In this document: positions 33,401-51,554 of the stretch, piece after piece | How the letters are laid out: each line of letters opens with the position of its first letter | Position numbering within the stretch: position 1 is the stretch's first letter | Notes under the pieces: generated by a model | The model's database searches: none | Seen by the model: the letters and a program-made list of their open reading frames with translations, nothing else | What the model was told of the DNA's origin: nothing | Source of the DNA: Heterodontus francisci | Taxonomy: Eukaryota | Assembly (NCBI RefSeq): GCF_036365525.1 | Contig: NC_090411.1 | Span: 32,132,432-32,196,431 of the forward strand | Reading direction: 5' to 3' | Length of the DNA: 64,000 nt | Translations under genes and position numbers: made by a program

Positions 33401-34498
33401 CAATGATTATGAAATGAATTGAGTTTTTTGCTAGTGAACTAATAATGAGATATTAACTTGGCAGGAAATCTTATTGTATAATGAGATCGGGGTCTGGCAT
33501 TAATTCTATGCTTCAAATTCTCTTCACAGTCCTATTATTTTGACCGGGATGATGTTGCCCTGCGTCACTTTGCTGAGTTCTTCAAGGAGCAGTCACATGA
33601 GGAACGGGAGCACGCTGAGAAACTGATGAAATTCCAGAATAAACGTGGAGGCCGAATCATCTTGGAGGATATCAAGGTTGGGTTTAACGAATGTGTGGCC
33701 TCCTGTCTGTAAACTGATGCTTTAGAAAGTATTTGAGAGAATTGATTCCATGGTTTAATGCAGTAATTGTATACTTTGGTGACCCACTGGTTGCTTTTCC
33801 CCATTGTTTACCTTCTACTTTCTCGTTTTTGTTTTTGTTTTAATCCATTGTAAGTGAACTGTCTGACTTTCCTCTTTAGAAGCCAGAGCAGGATGAGTGG
33901 AGCAATGGTCTGGAGGCAATGCAGAGAGCTCTGCAGATGGAGAAGGATGTGAACCAGAGTCTGCTGGATCTGCACAAACTCTCCACTGGCAACACTGACC
34001 CTCATGTAAGTTATTTAATGTGAGCTATTGGCTAAGTTGGAGTTCATGAACCTTGCAGTCCTTGAGCCTGTTCAGAGGATTTCTGTTTGCAATAGGTTTG
34101 TGTTGATGTCAATCCTGGTTTTGGAAAAGGACAGTTGAGAGGGCCGGGAGGCTGATGTACTGTGGACATTGAGTACATGGATCCCAGTGATCCTGGGATT
34201 TAATTTTTTTTTTTTCTTTCATCCCAAAGCTCTCTGGCATCACTTAATTATCCTATAATACCAGAGGACTAAAATTGAACCCTTGAGGGGTGCTCGGATA
34301 TTTCTTGATCTGCTGGACATAACTTGTTTTTCCCCTTTTCAGTTGTGTGACTTCCTGGAGACTCACTACTTGGATGAGCAAGTGAAGATGATCAAGAAGC
34401 TTGGAGATCACATCACCAACCTGAAGAGACTGGGAGCCCCTGACAATGGCATGGGAGTGTACCTGTTTGACACTCTCTCTCTGGGGGAGAGTGACTGA
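30410..34498 (+). CDS. fth1-like: Ferritin copy 4 (176 aa)
   Basis: Exons 30410-30511, 33530-33676, 33880-34005, 34343-34498. C-terminus [20 protein letters not shown] at 34648. Confidence 0.93.
31296..33308 (-). mobile_element. 5'-truncated CR1 LINE in copy 4 intron 1
   Basis: Frameshifted ORF2 pieces: [48 protein letters not shown]1 3' tail at left. Confidence 0.85.
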
Positions 34499-36062
34499 AC
34501 TGACTGCAGAGTTCAAGCTTGCTGTATTTAGTGCTCATGATTCTTATAATTTTGTTAAGGCACTCCTGCTCTGTAGGGAACAATGGCTTGAATCTTTGTA
34601 CAAAGAGTTGGGACCTGGTCTTGATGTGGAGTGTAATGTTAACTGTAAATAAACTGCTCAATGTTGGACTGAATTTTGCCTCATTTTAATGGTTCCCTTT
34701 TTCAGATTAACATGTGCCTTATGTTGGATAGAAATTTATACTGGGCTATACAAGAGCTCTCATTTCCCATTTGATTTTTTTTTTTTGGGGGTATTCAGGG
34801 TGACCTGTTGAAGGGCTAACCTCAATTTGTAGAAATGCTTTAATACACATTGTACATTAGATGATCACCTTTAACATTGTAAAACCATTGCAAGAAGCTT
34901 CACCAGAGCATTACTGAATAAAAGCGACACTAAGCCACAGGAGGAGAGAAAGCAGCTGACCAAACTCTTGGTCTGAGATGGGTATTCAGAGCTTGCTCTA
35001 GACTTCCCTCTGTAAATGTCTCTGCCCTCTAGATATTGAAGTAGGTTACTGAATACAAGAGCATGTTACTAGTGATTATCAATCACACTGCTATAATAAA
35101 TCTGTAAACTTCAATTCATGAATATCAGATAATTCAGTTGTTTAAAATACCAATGTTTTCTAGTGACTTAATAATTAACCATTTTAGTGCCTGGGGTCAA
35201 TATCTGTCCTGGGAAGAGCAGTTTGGTGTTGGGAGATAAAATTAACTAACTGGTCTTGACTTCTTCATGTGAATGTGTTTAGTGTAGCTCTCACATCCAA
35301 TTTTATAACTTTAAACTTTCTGATGGGCTTTGTGGGCAAGTTATGATCATCCCTGAATTGAAAGTACTAAAGGAGATTACAATTGGGGAAATCCAACCTG
35401 AAATACCAAGCACATGCTGAGTTGATTGAGACTCTAGGATGCTTTATGTAGAGAACAAATTGAAATGTGATCCTAATGCTGATTAATGCTTTGTTTGTAG
35501 TTAATTCCAATTTTCTCATTCCATTATAATGGAAATAAAAGTATTCAGCATTGAACTAGTTTGTCTTTGTTCAAATCAACTAATCATTGAACAATCAAAT
35601 CCAACTACATTAGTCTTTACAACATCTGATCACAAAACCATACATAATTTTTGTTTAAAACAAAAAACTCCTGCCCCAGTCCTGCTTACTAAATTGGTTT
35701 TAATATCTACCTGGGATAGTTTTCTCACATTTCTATAGTTAATGAGAAGCCTGTCAGAGACTTCTGGAATATATCCCAATTTCTGCTGCAAAGGGGTTTT
35801 TCTTGTATCTCTCAAAGAAATGCAGAATCTGATAACCACTTCCAGTCGGGTGTTATTCAGTGTGATCAGGGGCAGAGGAGCAACACCTTGTACCATGACC
35901 ATGGTTTTCCTGACGCTTATAGTCAAGGAGAACTAATTAAAGGCACGGGAGAGACAGTCCATGAGTCTTTGTAACTGAATTTCCATGTGAGCTGAATCCA
36001 ATCTACTCCTTCTGGAGAGAGTGAACATATTTCATTAAATGTATAAAATGAATAACCTAACC

Positions 36063-37534
36063 CTGAGGCACAGTGTGGCTTTCGTGCAGAGAGATCGACT
36101 ATTGACATGCTGTTCTCCCTTCGTCAGATACAGGAGAAATGCCGTGAACAACAGATGCCCCTCTACATTGCTTTCATTGATCTCACCAAAGCCTTTGACC
36201 TCGTCAGCAGACGTGGTCTCTTCAGACTACTAGAAAAGATTGGATGTCCACCAAAGCTACTAAGTATCATCACCTCATTCCATGACAATATGAAAGGCAC
36301 AATTCAACATGGTGGCTCCTCATCAGAGCCCTTTCCTATCCTGAGTGGTGTGAAACAGGGCTGTGTTCTCGCACCCACACTTTTTGGGATTTTCTTCTCC
36401 CTGCTGCTTTCACATGCGTTCAAATCCTCTGAAGAAGGAATTTTCCTCCACACAAGATCAGGGGGCAGGTTGTTCAACCTTGCCCGTCTAAGAGCGAAGT
36501 CCAAAGTACGGAAAGTCCTCATCAGAGAACTCCTCTTTGCTGACGATGCTGCTTTAACATCTCACACTGAAGAATGCCTGCAGAGTCTCATCGACAGGTT
36601 TGCGTCTGCCTGCAATGAATTTGGCCTAACCATCAGCCTCAAGAAAACGAACATCATGGGGCAGGATGTCAGAAATGCTCCATCCATCAATATTGGCGAC
36701 CACGCTCTGGAAGTGGTTCAAGAGTTCACCTACCTAGGCTCAACTATCACCAGTAACCTGTCTCTAGATGCAGAAATCAACAAGCGCATGGGTAAGGCTT
36801 CCACTGCTATGTCCAGACTGGCCAAGAGAGTGTGGGAAAATGGCGCACTGACACGGAACACAAAAGTCCGAGTGTATCAGGCCTGTGTCCTCAGTACCTT
36901 GCTCTACGGCAGCGAGGCCTGGACAACGTATGCCAGCCAAGAGCGACGTCTCAATTCATTCCATCTTCGCTGCCTTCGGAGAATACTTGGCATCAGGTGG
37001 CAGGACTATATCTCCAACACAGAAGTCCTTGAAGCGGCCAACATCCCCAGCTTATACACACTACTGAGTCAGCGGCGCTTGAGATGGCTTGGCCATGTGA
37101 GCCGCATGGAAGATGGCAGGATCCCCAAAGACACATTGTACAGCGAGCTCGCCACTGGTATCAGACCCACCGGCCGTCCATGTCTCCGTTATAAAGACGT
37201 CTGCAAACGCGACATGAAATCGTGTGACATTGATCACAAGTCGTGGGAGTCAGTTGCCAGCATTCGCCAGAGCTGGCGGGCAGCCATAAAGACAGGGCTA
37301 AATTGTGGCGAGTCGAAGAGACTTAGTAGTTGGCAGGAAAAAAGACAGAGGCGCAAGGGGAGAGCCAACTGTGCAACAGCCCCAACAAACAAATTTCTCT
37401 GCAGCACCTGTGGAAGAGCCTGTCACTCCAGAATTGGCCTTTATAGCCACTCCAGGCGCTGCTTCACAAACCACTGACCACCTCCAGGCGCGTATCCATT
37501 GTCTCTCGAGATAAGGAGGCCCAAAAGAAAGAAG
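36063..37534 (+). mobile_element. Young 5'-truncated RTE-clade LINE
   Basis: Inserted into aataacctaa|ccacaaag, which is contiguous in paralogous units. Uninterrupted ORF and a short 3' UTR ending aaaagaaagaag. Confidence 0.9.
36107..37477 (+). CDS. RTE reverse transcriptase, C-terminal 456 aa with terminal C2H2-like finger
   Basis: FIDLTKAFD, GVKQGCVLAP, LLFADD, FTYLGS, LLYGSEAW, LRWLGHVSRM, CSTCGRACHSRIGLYSH. Confidence 0.88.
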   Translation: MLFSLRQIQEKCREQQMPLYIAFIDLTKAFDLVSRRGLFRLLEKIGCPPKLLSIITSFHDNMKGTIQHGGSSSEPFPILSGVKQGCVLAPTLFGIFFSLLLSHAFKSSEEGIFLHTRSGGRLFNLARLRAKSKVRKVLIRELLFADDAALTSHTEECLQSLIDRFASACNEFGLTISLKKTNIMGQDVRNAPSINIGDHALEVVQEFTYLGSTITSNLSLDAEINKRMGKASTAMSRLAKRVWENGALTRNTKVRVYQACVLSTLLYGSEAWTTYASQERRLNSFHLRCLRRILGIRWQDYISNTEVLEAANIPSLYTLLSQRRLRWLGHVSRMEDGRIPKDTLYSELATGIRPTGRPCLRYKDVCKRDMKSCDIDHKSWESVASIRQSWRAAIKTGLNCGESKRLSSWQEKRQRRKGRANCATAPTNKFLCSTCGRACHSRIGLYSHSRRCFTNH

Positions 37535-38737
37535 CCACAAAGTGAGTTAAATAGATTTTCTCCTCCCACCACCCCCTTCCTTAACCTCAACATTTTCTCT
37601 CCCTTCAGTTTAGAAACTCAATACCAGCAGCTACTTCATAAATGTATCAATTTGTACTTCGTCACATTGTACATTTCATACCAAATAGGAAGCATCCATT
37701 GCAAATCCTACAAGATCTTCACTTGTCCCCTTCACACTTATCAATAGGTTCATATGTTGATGCTACAATTGTAATTATCCAACGTTTACAAGTTAATTTT
37801 GGGATTGTAGTTGAGAACCGGACGGTATGCAATGACATTGCAGGCTTCAGCAATTGGGAATAGGCCGCACACAAGCAGTAGTACCTTTAAGATGAACAGG
37901 TGAACAGCCAGGTGGAAATCTTAAAGGCAATTAGAGGGAACAGTGATCTTCACTCATTCCATTTGCATCTCTCACCGAGGTTCCCAGTCACCTTATTCAA
38001 CGATCACCATTGTGTGAAAATTCACAAATAGCAAAGGATGCATCTCATCACATTGAGCTTTTCATACTGATCAACATCCCTACTCTCTACAAGTAGTGAT
38101 ACTGAATTCAAAGAGGTCCTGTGGAAATGATCAGTCAATAGTTCCCTCAGAACCAGTAACCACAGGCCTTATACAAAGTCTCTGCTGTCCACCTGGGTGG
38201 CCATTGAGTGACCATGTGATGTCCATCAGTTTGGTCAAAACCCTTTGTGACTGCAGAACGTTCACTGCATCTCGGATACTTTTTGACCAGAACAGGTGTA
38301 AATACCCGGATGCATTTTCTGTTCAGGTGGGTCAACCGTGCCCGTTGGTGGCATCTCTCCCGAGTTGCTTGTGACTGTAGCATGATTGGTGGCTCTGAAT
38401 GTGAATCGCTGCCACCCCGCCTGGCCCATCTAAAACAGAGATTTAATCCAATGCAACACATCTCATCACCTAATCCAGGACTGAACCACTTCTGTAATTA
38501 AACCAGATCTCACAGCTTTAGATTTCAGAGAAACACTAACGTGAGGCAAAAGAACCAGAGGGTAGATAATGAAATTTATCTTTATCAAATTCCTTTGCAA
38601 AGAAACAAACTTGGTCAGATTATAAAAAGCTGCTTTAGCAAAAAATAGCAAATTATCATTTAATTTGAGGTTGTGGTGCTAGAATGTTAAACCACGAGGT
38701 TCTTTCAGATTTGAGGAATGTCAAGGAACCTTTAGGA

Positions 38738-39210
38738 AGGGTGCAGAGGAGGTTTACCAGGAATTTACCAGGGATTAGGGACTTCAGCTATGAGGAGAAG
38801 TTGCAAAAGTTAAGACTGTTCTCCACGGAACAGAAAAGGTTAAGAGGTGATTGAACAGAGATCTTCAAAGTGATGAGAGGGTTTTGATAGAACAGATAGA
38901 GAACAATTATTCCCTCTGGCAAATGGGTCAATAACTGGAGGTCACAGATTCAAAATCATTGACAAAAACTCTAGAGAGAAGATGAGAAATTTTTCATTGA
39001 GAGAGTTCTCGGGATCTGGAACGCTCGACCTGAAAAGGTGCCGGAAGCCGATTTCAGAAATAATTGTAATGGGAGTTGGACAGGTGCCTGAGGATCAGAA
39101 ACTTAATGGGTAATGGACAAAAAGTAGGGCATTAAGTATGACTGCTCCTTCCATTAGCCAGCACAGACACAAAGGGCCAAATGGCCTCCTGCGCTCTAAG
39201 TTTCTATGAC
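38738..39210 (+). mobile_element. Old CR1 3' fragment directly upstream of the promoter (paralogues at about 23712-23880, 45080-45555, 53647-54120, 62246-62718)
   Basis: RVQRRFTR-encoding start and CR1 tail gggccaaatggcctcctg...tttctatga. Confidence 0.7.
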
Positions 39211-39227
39211 ACTGTAACCCAAAAGCA

Positions 39228-39435
39228 GGGACATCATTGAGACTCAGCTCCCAAATCTGCATGTACTTCAAGGCTCTGATTGGCTCTGGGCCTCACTCCC
39301 TCCCCAATACCCCATCCCCATTGTTAATTGGTGCCTGGATTCATGGGAGATTCCAGACTGGTTATCAGGGATGTCAATCATCATTGTTGATGTCATTCCC
39401 TGTTTGAAATCAGGCTGTCCCAGTGGTATAAATAC
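39228..39435 (+). promoter_or_regulatory. Ferritin copy 5 promoter
   Basis: ATTGG, GGGAGATTCC at 39345, TGATGTCA, TATAAA at 39427. Confidence 0.7.
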
Positions 39436-39496
39436 AGGAGACCATGCGAGAAAAAGTCATTGCTCGAATTTTCTAGGTGATAGTGAGCAGTAATAG

Positions 39497-41699
<2,203 letters not shown>

Positions 41700-42989
41700 G
41701 CTTGATCCCTGCAGTCTGTTGTGTAGTACTTGTGTTTATATCATGTGCAAGATCCACCTGTCGTGTAGGGAATTGTGACTTTGTACAATGAGTTGAGACC
41801 TAGGCTGTTGTGGAAGTGCAATGTTAACTGTAAATAAACTGCTTGATATTGGACTGGATTTTGCCTCTCTGTAAAATTAAACAATTCCATTATTCTGAGT
41901 TAACAATTTAGTTTGCATCCAACAAAATTCCACTGGGCTGTGTAACCGCTTCATCATGGGGTTCAGTTCAGAGGGTTATCTAATCTATCTTCTGGAATAA
42001 CACTTTTTTAGTTTCTTAGATGTCAAAATTTGATTTTCCTTCCATGACCTCTGCTTGCTATTCCGTAACACCTTTTTTAAATGTTGTAAAACATTCCACA
42101 GTCACACTCAGAACTATTGAACAAAATAAGCACTAGGGTAGTGGTCTGTCTTTTTGTCCCTCAATGGCATATAAGGCAAGACCAAATCCCAAAAGCTTAT
42201 CCAAGAGCCCTTTTATTTTGGAAGAGTTTTGGGGAGAACCTCAGAAACTAAAATCCAAAGAACTGTTAGCAGTGGTGCTGAATATTCTCTATCCTCACTC
42301 ACAACTCTCTCTATTTCCCCTTTTCTCTGCCCCTCCCACCCCTCCCCACTGGCCCACCACTACTAAATACACAAATATTAGCTGCAACTTAAAGCAAAGG
42401 ATGCTTTGGAGTGGATAAATATTGTACTACATCAGTCCCAGTCTCCCTCCCTAGGGATGAGGAGTTCTGGGATTTAAGCTACCACTTGCAGTCTAAGTTG
42501 TGATGGCAGGATACACCTACTGTAGCTCACTCATTCACATTCATAACTGCTGCTTCAGATGTCCTGCTATGGTTGTTGTAGACACACAGTCTAAGCTCCC
42601 TAAATTCCAAATACTGAAGTGTATTACAATTGGAAATTAGCCTGAAATGCCATAATTTCACTGTCCTTTAAGGGGGAGGAGAGGGACATGGTTTTGAAAG
42701 TCTTACACCTTTTCTCCTTTAAATAATCTATCCTGGCTCTCATTTCCTTCCACTGAAGCCTGCTTACGATGGAGGAAACAGGGAAATGTTCCAATCTAAT
42801 CCTCTTGAAAGCAGTGAACATATTTCCTTACATATGTAAAAGTCATAAACCACATGTTTGTATTCTTCCATCTCTTGAAAGATGATGGGCATTAAGCAAA
42901 CAATCCATTTAGTCATTTACAGCACAGAAGGAGGCCATTAAGTCCATGCCAGCTCTCCACGGAGCTATGCTGTCCGTCCCGATCCCTGC

Positions 42990-43875
42990 TGGTGGGATGT
43001 CTTCTCTCGGTGAACCTTTGCTGATGGCTGTGATGGCCAATCCTTGAGAGGCAGATTCTGCCACATTCTTGCACATGAAGTTACCAAGTGACAATGAGTT
43101 GTTGTTGACCTTGGTGCCTGTGCCAATCTATGGCCATTTGTTGCCATGGTACTGCATGCCAGTCCGCAGCATATGTTGCCAGCTAGTGACTCCCAGATGC
43201 AATAGTCAACGTTTAGGGTCTTCATGTCACGCTTGCAAGCGGCCTTGAAGTGGAGCTTTGGGCACCCCACCCGTCGTCTGGCTCTGGTTACCTCACCGTA
43301 CTTTGGGTATGCGACCATCTTCCATCCTGCAGATGTGTCCGATCCACCGAAGCAGCCTCTGTTTGATTCGTGCCGATACACTTGGGAGCTCTGCCTTTGA
43401 GAGGACTGCTGCATTTGTTATTTTGTCCTGCCAGGACATACCCATAATGCACCACAGACAGCATAGATGGAAATTATTGAGCTTTTTCTGGTAGCTGTAA
43501 GTTTCCCATGTTTCACAGCCGTACAGCAAGGTGTTGAGAACACAGGCTTTATAAACTATCAGCTCGGTGTTATCCCATGCATGTTTTGCAAGTCGGCCAA
43601 AAGGGGGTAGCTGCTTTCCCTATGTGCATCAATCTCTGCATCAAGGGACAGAGTGTCTGTCACCATGGACCCAAATTAGCAGAATCTGATAACCACTTCC
43701 AGTCGGGTGTTATTCAGTGTGATCAGGGGCAGAGGAGCAACACCTCGTCCCATGACTATGGTTTTGTTGACGCTAGTAGTCAAGGAGCACTAGTTACAGG
43801 CACGGGAGGGACAGTCCGTGAGTCTTTGTAACTGAGTTTCCATGTGAGCTGTATCCAATGTAGTCCTTCTGGAGG
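42990..43875 (-). mobile_element. Old degenerate RTE LINE fragment
   Basis: LLYGCETW, WIGHICRMEDGRIPK and ACKRDMK remnants. Paralogous to 51555-52432, 60145-61030 and 35820-36015. Confidence 0.78.
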
Positions 43876-45567
43876 GAGTGAACATATTTCATTAAATGCA
43901 TGAAGCAAATAACCCAAACCACAAAGCGAGTTAAATAGATTTTCTCCTCCCACCACCTCCTTCCATACCCTCAACATTTTCTCTTCCTTCAGTTTAGAAA
44001 CTCAATACCAGCAGCTACTCCATAAATGTATCAATTTGTATTTCAGCACATTGTACATTTCATACCAAGTAGGAATCATCCATTGCAAATCCTACAAGAT
44101 CTTGACTTGTCTCCTTCACACTTATCAACAGATTCATATGTTGATGCTACAATTGTAATTATCCAACGTTTACAAGTTAATCTTGGGATTGGAGTTGAGA
44201 ACCGCACAGTATGCAGAGATTGCCGACTTCAGCAATTGGGAATAGGCCGCACACAAGCAGCAGTGCCTTTAAGATGAACAGGTGAACAGCCAGGTGGAAA
44301 TCTTAAAGGCAATTAGAGGGAACAGTGATCTTCACTCATTCCATTTGCATCTCTCACCGAGGTTCCCAGTCATCTTATTCAATCTTCGCCATTGTGTGAA
44401 AATTCACAAATAGCAAAGGATGCATCTCATCACATTGAGCTTTTAAAACTGATCGACATCCCTACTCCCTACAAGTAGTGATACTGAATTCAAAGAGGTC
44501 CTGTGGAAAGGATCAGGCAATAGTTCCCTCTGAATCTGTAACCACAGGCCTTATCCAAAGTGTCTGCTGTCCACCTGGGTGGCCATTGAGTGACCATGTG
44601 ATGTCCATCAGTTTGGTCAAAACCCTTTGCGACTGCAGGACATTCATTGCATCTCGGATACTTTTTGACCAGAACAGGTGTAAATACCTGGATACATTTT
44701 CTGTTCAGGTGGGTCAACCGTGCCCATTGGTGGCATCTCTCCTGAGTTGCTTGTGATTGGTGGCTCTGGTCGTGAATCACTACCACCCTGTCTGGTCCAT
44801 GTAAAACAGAGATTTAATCCAAGGCATCACATTTCATCACCTAATCCAGGACTGAACCACTTCTGCAATGAAACCAGATGTCACAGCTTTAGATGGCAGA
44901 GGAACACAAACATGAGAAAAAGAACCAGTGGGGGAGATGAGGAGATTTATTTTTACACAGATCCTTACAAGTAACAAACTTGATCAGATTATAAAAAGCT
45001 GCTTTAGCAAAAATAGTTGTGATGCTAGAACGCTAAACCACGAGGCACATTCAGATTTGAGGAATGTCAAGGAACCTTTAGGAAGGGTGCAGAGGAGGTT
45101 TACCAGGAATTTACCAGGATGAGGGACTTCAGCTATGAGGAGAAGTTGCAAAAGTTAAGACTGTTCTCCACGGAACAGAGAAGGTGAAGAGGTGACTGAA
45201 CAGAGATCTTCAAAGTGATGAGAGGGTTTTGATAGAACAGATAGAGAACAATTATTATCTCTGGCAAGTGGATCAATAACCAGAGGTCATAGATTCAAAA
45301 TCATTGACAAAGAATCTAGAGAGAAGATGAGAAATTTTTCATTGAGACAGTTCTCGGGATCTGGAACGCTCGACCTGAAAAGATGCCGGAAGCCGATTCC
45401 AGAAATAATTGTAATGGGATTGGACGGGTGCCTGAGGATCAGAAACGTAATGGGCAATGGACAAAAAATAGGGCAATAAGCATGACTGCTCCTTCCATGA
45501 GCCAGCACAGTCACAAAGGGCCGAATGGCCTCCTGTGCTTTAAGTTTCTATGACTGTAACCCAAAAG

Positions 45568-45768
45568 CAGTGAGACTAAGCTCCCAAATCTGCCTGTACC
45601 TCAAAGCTCTGATTGGCTCTGGGCCTCACTCCCTCCCCAATACCCCATCCCCTTTGTTCATTGGTGCCTAGATTCATGGGCGATTCCAGACTGGTTATTA
45701 GGGATGTCAATCATCATTGGTGATGTCATTGCCTGTCTGAAATCAGGCTGTTCCAGTGGTATAAATAC
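45568..45768 (+). promoter_or_regulatory. Ferritin copy 6 promoter
   Basis: ATTGG, GGGCGATTCC variant, TGATGTCA, TATAAA at 45760. Confidence 0.7.
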
Positions 45769-45847
45769 AGGAGATTGTGGTAGAAAGAGTTAATGCTGGA
45801 ATTTACTAGGTGATAGTGAGTAGTAATAGTATATCGTAATAACTAAG

Positions 45848-48068
<2,221 letters not shown>

Positions 48069-49124
48069 ATGAACTGACTGCAGGGATCAAGCTTGCTGTC
48101 TTTACTGCTCATGTTTTCTATTTGTGTGTGTATGCAAGTTTGTGGAGTTGAGACCTGGTCTCTTTAATGTGAAATGTAATAACTAAATAAACTGCTTAAT
48201 ATTGGACTAGAATTTGCTTCCTTGGAATTGTTTAAATCTGCTTGCTCTTGCATAACAGCATCTTTAAACATTATAAAACATTCAACAATGCTGTACAAGA
48301 CTGAACAAAATATGTTTCTCTGAGGCACAAAAGGAGACCAGGGAAAAGCTTAGTCAAAGTGTCTTGTTTCTAAAGGAGTGATGGGAAAGAACTCCAGAAG
48401 CTAAAGTACAAAGAGCTGTTACCACTGGTGCTGAATATTCTCTGCCTCAATTTCAACTCTCTCGAACCCCCCCTAAATACACAAATATTAGCTGCAACTT
48501 GTGAAAATGCAAAGGATGTTTGGTGTGAATTCATGTGCTTTTTTTTTCAGTCCCAGTCTCTGCCCGAGGGCTGAGCAGTTCTGGTATTTAATAAGCTACC
48601 AATCACAGTCTGAGTTCTTGTGCCATACACCTGGTGAACTTCACTCATGTAAACCATAACTGCTGCTTCTGCCTTCCTGCTATGGCTATTGTACTCACAA
48701 TGTCTGAATTCCAAATACTGAAGGGTATTACAATTGGAAATTAACCTGCTATGCCATAATTTCAGTCTTTCAGGGGGAGGAAGTATGGATTCTGGGGACA
48801 AAGAGGGACTGGTACTGTAAATCTTACACCACCTCTCTTCATCTAGGCTCTTATTTCCTTCCATAAAAGCTTGGATAAGGCGGAGAATGTGTGGAAATGT
48901 CCTCCAATCTAATCCTTTCGGAAGCAGTGAACATATTTCCTTAAATGCATAAAGCTCTTAAACCACATATTGGCATCCCTTCCACCTATGAAAGATGATT
49001 GCCATTAAGCAAACAATCCATTTAGAGTCATTTACAGCACATAAAGAGGCCATTCAGCCCACTGAGTCCATGCCAGCTCTCCACAGAGCTATGCTGTCAG
49101 TCCCAGTCCCTGGCACGATCCATG

Positions 49125-51540
49125 TACAAAGAACAGTACAGGACCAGGCCATTCGGCCCTCCAAGCCTGCGCCGATCTTGATGCTTGCCTAAACTAAAAC
49201 CTTCTGCGCTTCCGGGGTCCGTATCCCTCTATTCCCATTCTATTCATGTATTTGTCAAGATGCCTCTTAAACGTCTCTATGGTACCTGCTTCCACCACCT
49301 CCCCCAGCAACAAGTTCCAGGCACTCACCACCCTCTGTGTAAAGAACTTGCCTCGCACATCCCCTCTAAACTTTGCACCTCTCACCTTAAACGTATGTCC
49401 CCTAGTAACTGACTCTTCCACCCTGGGAAAAAGCTTCTGACTATCCACTCTGTCCATGCCGCTTATAACTTTGTAAACCTCTATCATGTCACCCCTCCAC
49501 CTCCATCGTTCCAGTGAAAACAATCCGAGTTTATCCAACCTCTCCTCATAGCTATTGCCCTCCAGACCAGGCAACATCCCGGTAAACCTCTTCTGTACCC
49601 TCTCCAAAGCCTCCACGTTCTTCTGGTAGTGTGGCGACCAGAATTGCACGCAATATTCTAAGCGTGGCCTAACTAAAGTTCTGTGCAGCTGCAACATGAC
49701 TTGCCTATTTTTATACTCTATGCCCCGACCGATGAAGGCAAGCATGTATCTGCCTTCTTGACTACCTTATCCACCTGCATTGCCACTTTCAGTGACCTGT
49801 GGGCCTGTACGCCCAGATCTCTCTGCCTGTCAATACTCCTAAGGCTTCTGCCATTTACTGTATACCTCCCACCTGTATTAGACCTTCCAAAATGCATTAC
49901 CTCACATTTGTCCGAATTAAACTCCATCTGCCATTTCTCCGCCCAAGTTTCCAACCGATCTATATCCTGCTGTATCATCTGACAATCCTCATCACTGTGC
50001 GCAACTCCACCAACCTTTGTGTCGTCCGCAAACTTACTAATCAGACCAGCTACATTTTCCTCCAAATCATTTATATATACTACAAACAGCAAAGGTCCCA
50101 GCACTGATCCCTGCGGAACACCACTAGTCACATCCCTCCATTCAGAAAAGCACCCTTCCACTGCTACCCTCTGTTTTCTATGACCGAGCCAGTTCTGTAT
50201 CCATCTTGCCAGCTCCCCATGTGACTTCACCTTTTGTATCAGTCTGCCATGAGGGACCTTGTCAAAGGCTTTACTGAAGTCCATATAGATAACATCCACT
50301 GCCCTTCCTTCATCAATCATCTTTGTCACTTCCTCAAAAAACTCAATCAAATTAGTGAGACACAACCTCCCCTTCACAAAGCCATGCTGCTTCTCGCTAA
50401 TAAGTCCATTTGTTTCCAAATGGGAGTAAATCCTGTCCCGAAGAATCCTCTCTCATAATTTCCCCACCACTGACATAAGGCTCACCGGCCCATAATTTCC
50501 TGGATTATCCTTGCTACCCTTTTTAAAGAAAGGAACAACATTGGCTATTCTCCAGTCCTCTGGGACCTCACCCGTAGCCAATGAGGATGCAAAGATTTCT
50601 GTCAAGGCCCCAGCAATTTCTTCCCTTGCCTCCCTCAGTATTCTGGGTAGATCCCATCAGGCCCTGGGGACTTATGTTTAGTTTAGTTTAGTTTAGAAAT
50701 ACAGCACTGAAACAGGCCCTTCGGCCCACCGAGTCTGTGCCGACCATCAACCACCCATTTTATACTAATCCTACACTAATCCCATATTCCTACCACATCC
50801 CCATTTGTCCCTCTATTTCCCTACCACCTACCTATACTAGGGGCAATTTATAATGGCCAATTTACCTACCAACCTGCAAGTCTTTTGGCTTGTGGGAGGA
50901 AACCGGAGCACCCGGAGAAAACCCACGCAGACACAGGGAGAACTTGCAAACTCCACACAGGCTGTACCCAGAAATGAACCCGGGTCGCTGGAGCTGTGAG
51001 GCTGCGGTGCTAACCACTGCGCCACTGTGCCGCCCAACACCTCCTCCTTTTTGATAATGAGATGACTGAGACTATCTAGACTCCCTTCCCTAGGCTCATC
51101 ATCCACCAAGTCCTTCTCCTTGGTGAATACTGATGCAAAGTACTCATTTAGTACCTCGCCCATTTCCTCTGCCTCCACACATAGACTCCCTTCTCTGTCC
51201 TTGAGTGGGCCAACCCTTTCCCTGGTTACCCTCTTGCTCTTTATATACATATAAAAAGCCTTGGGATTTTCCTTAATCCTGTTTGCCAATGACTTCTCAT
51301 AACCCCTTTTAGCCCTCCTGACTCCTTGCTTAAGTTCCTTCCGACTGTCTTTATATTCCTCAAGGGATTCGTCTGTTCCTAGCCTTCCAGCCATTACGAA
51401 TGCTTCCTTTTTCTTTTTTGACTAGGCTCACAATATCCCGCGTTATCCAAGGTTCCCGAAACTTGCCGAACTTATCCTTCTTCCACACAGGAACATGCTG
51501 GTCCTGGATTCTAATCAACTGACGTTTGAAAGACTCCCAC
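49125..51540 (-). mobile_element. 5'-truncated CR1 LINE interrupted by a SINE
   Basis: ORF2 pieces 50837-51394, 49718-50419 ([17 protein letters not shown]) and 49194-49745. Confidence 0.88.
50676..51035 (-). mobile_element. V-SINE (HE1-like) nested in CR1
   Basis: Same family as 14845-15192; (CTAAA)n tail. Confidence 0.85.
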
Positions 51541-51554
51541 TAGGAGTGGGAGGT

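Noticed and set aside
39421-39426. CAGTGG as an IRE loop
   Set aside because: Lies immediately 5' of the TATA box, so probably not transcribed, and has no flanking stem.
50837-51394. CR1-SINE fusion ORF as a novel protein
   Set aside because: Incidental read-through from CR1 ORF2 into an inserted SINE. The second copy at 59431-60111 comes from the segmental duplication.
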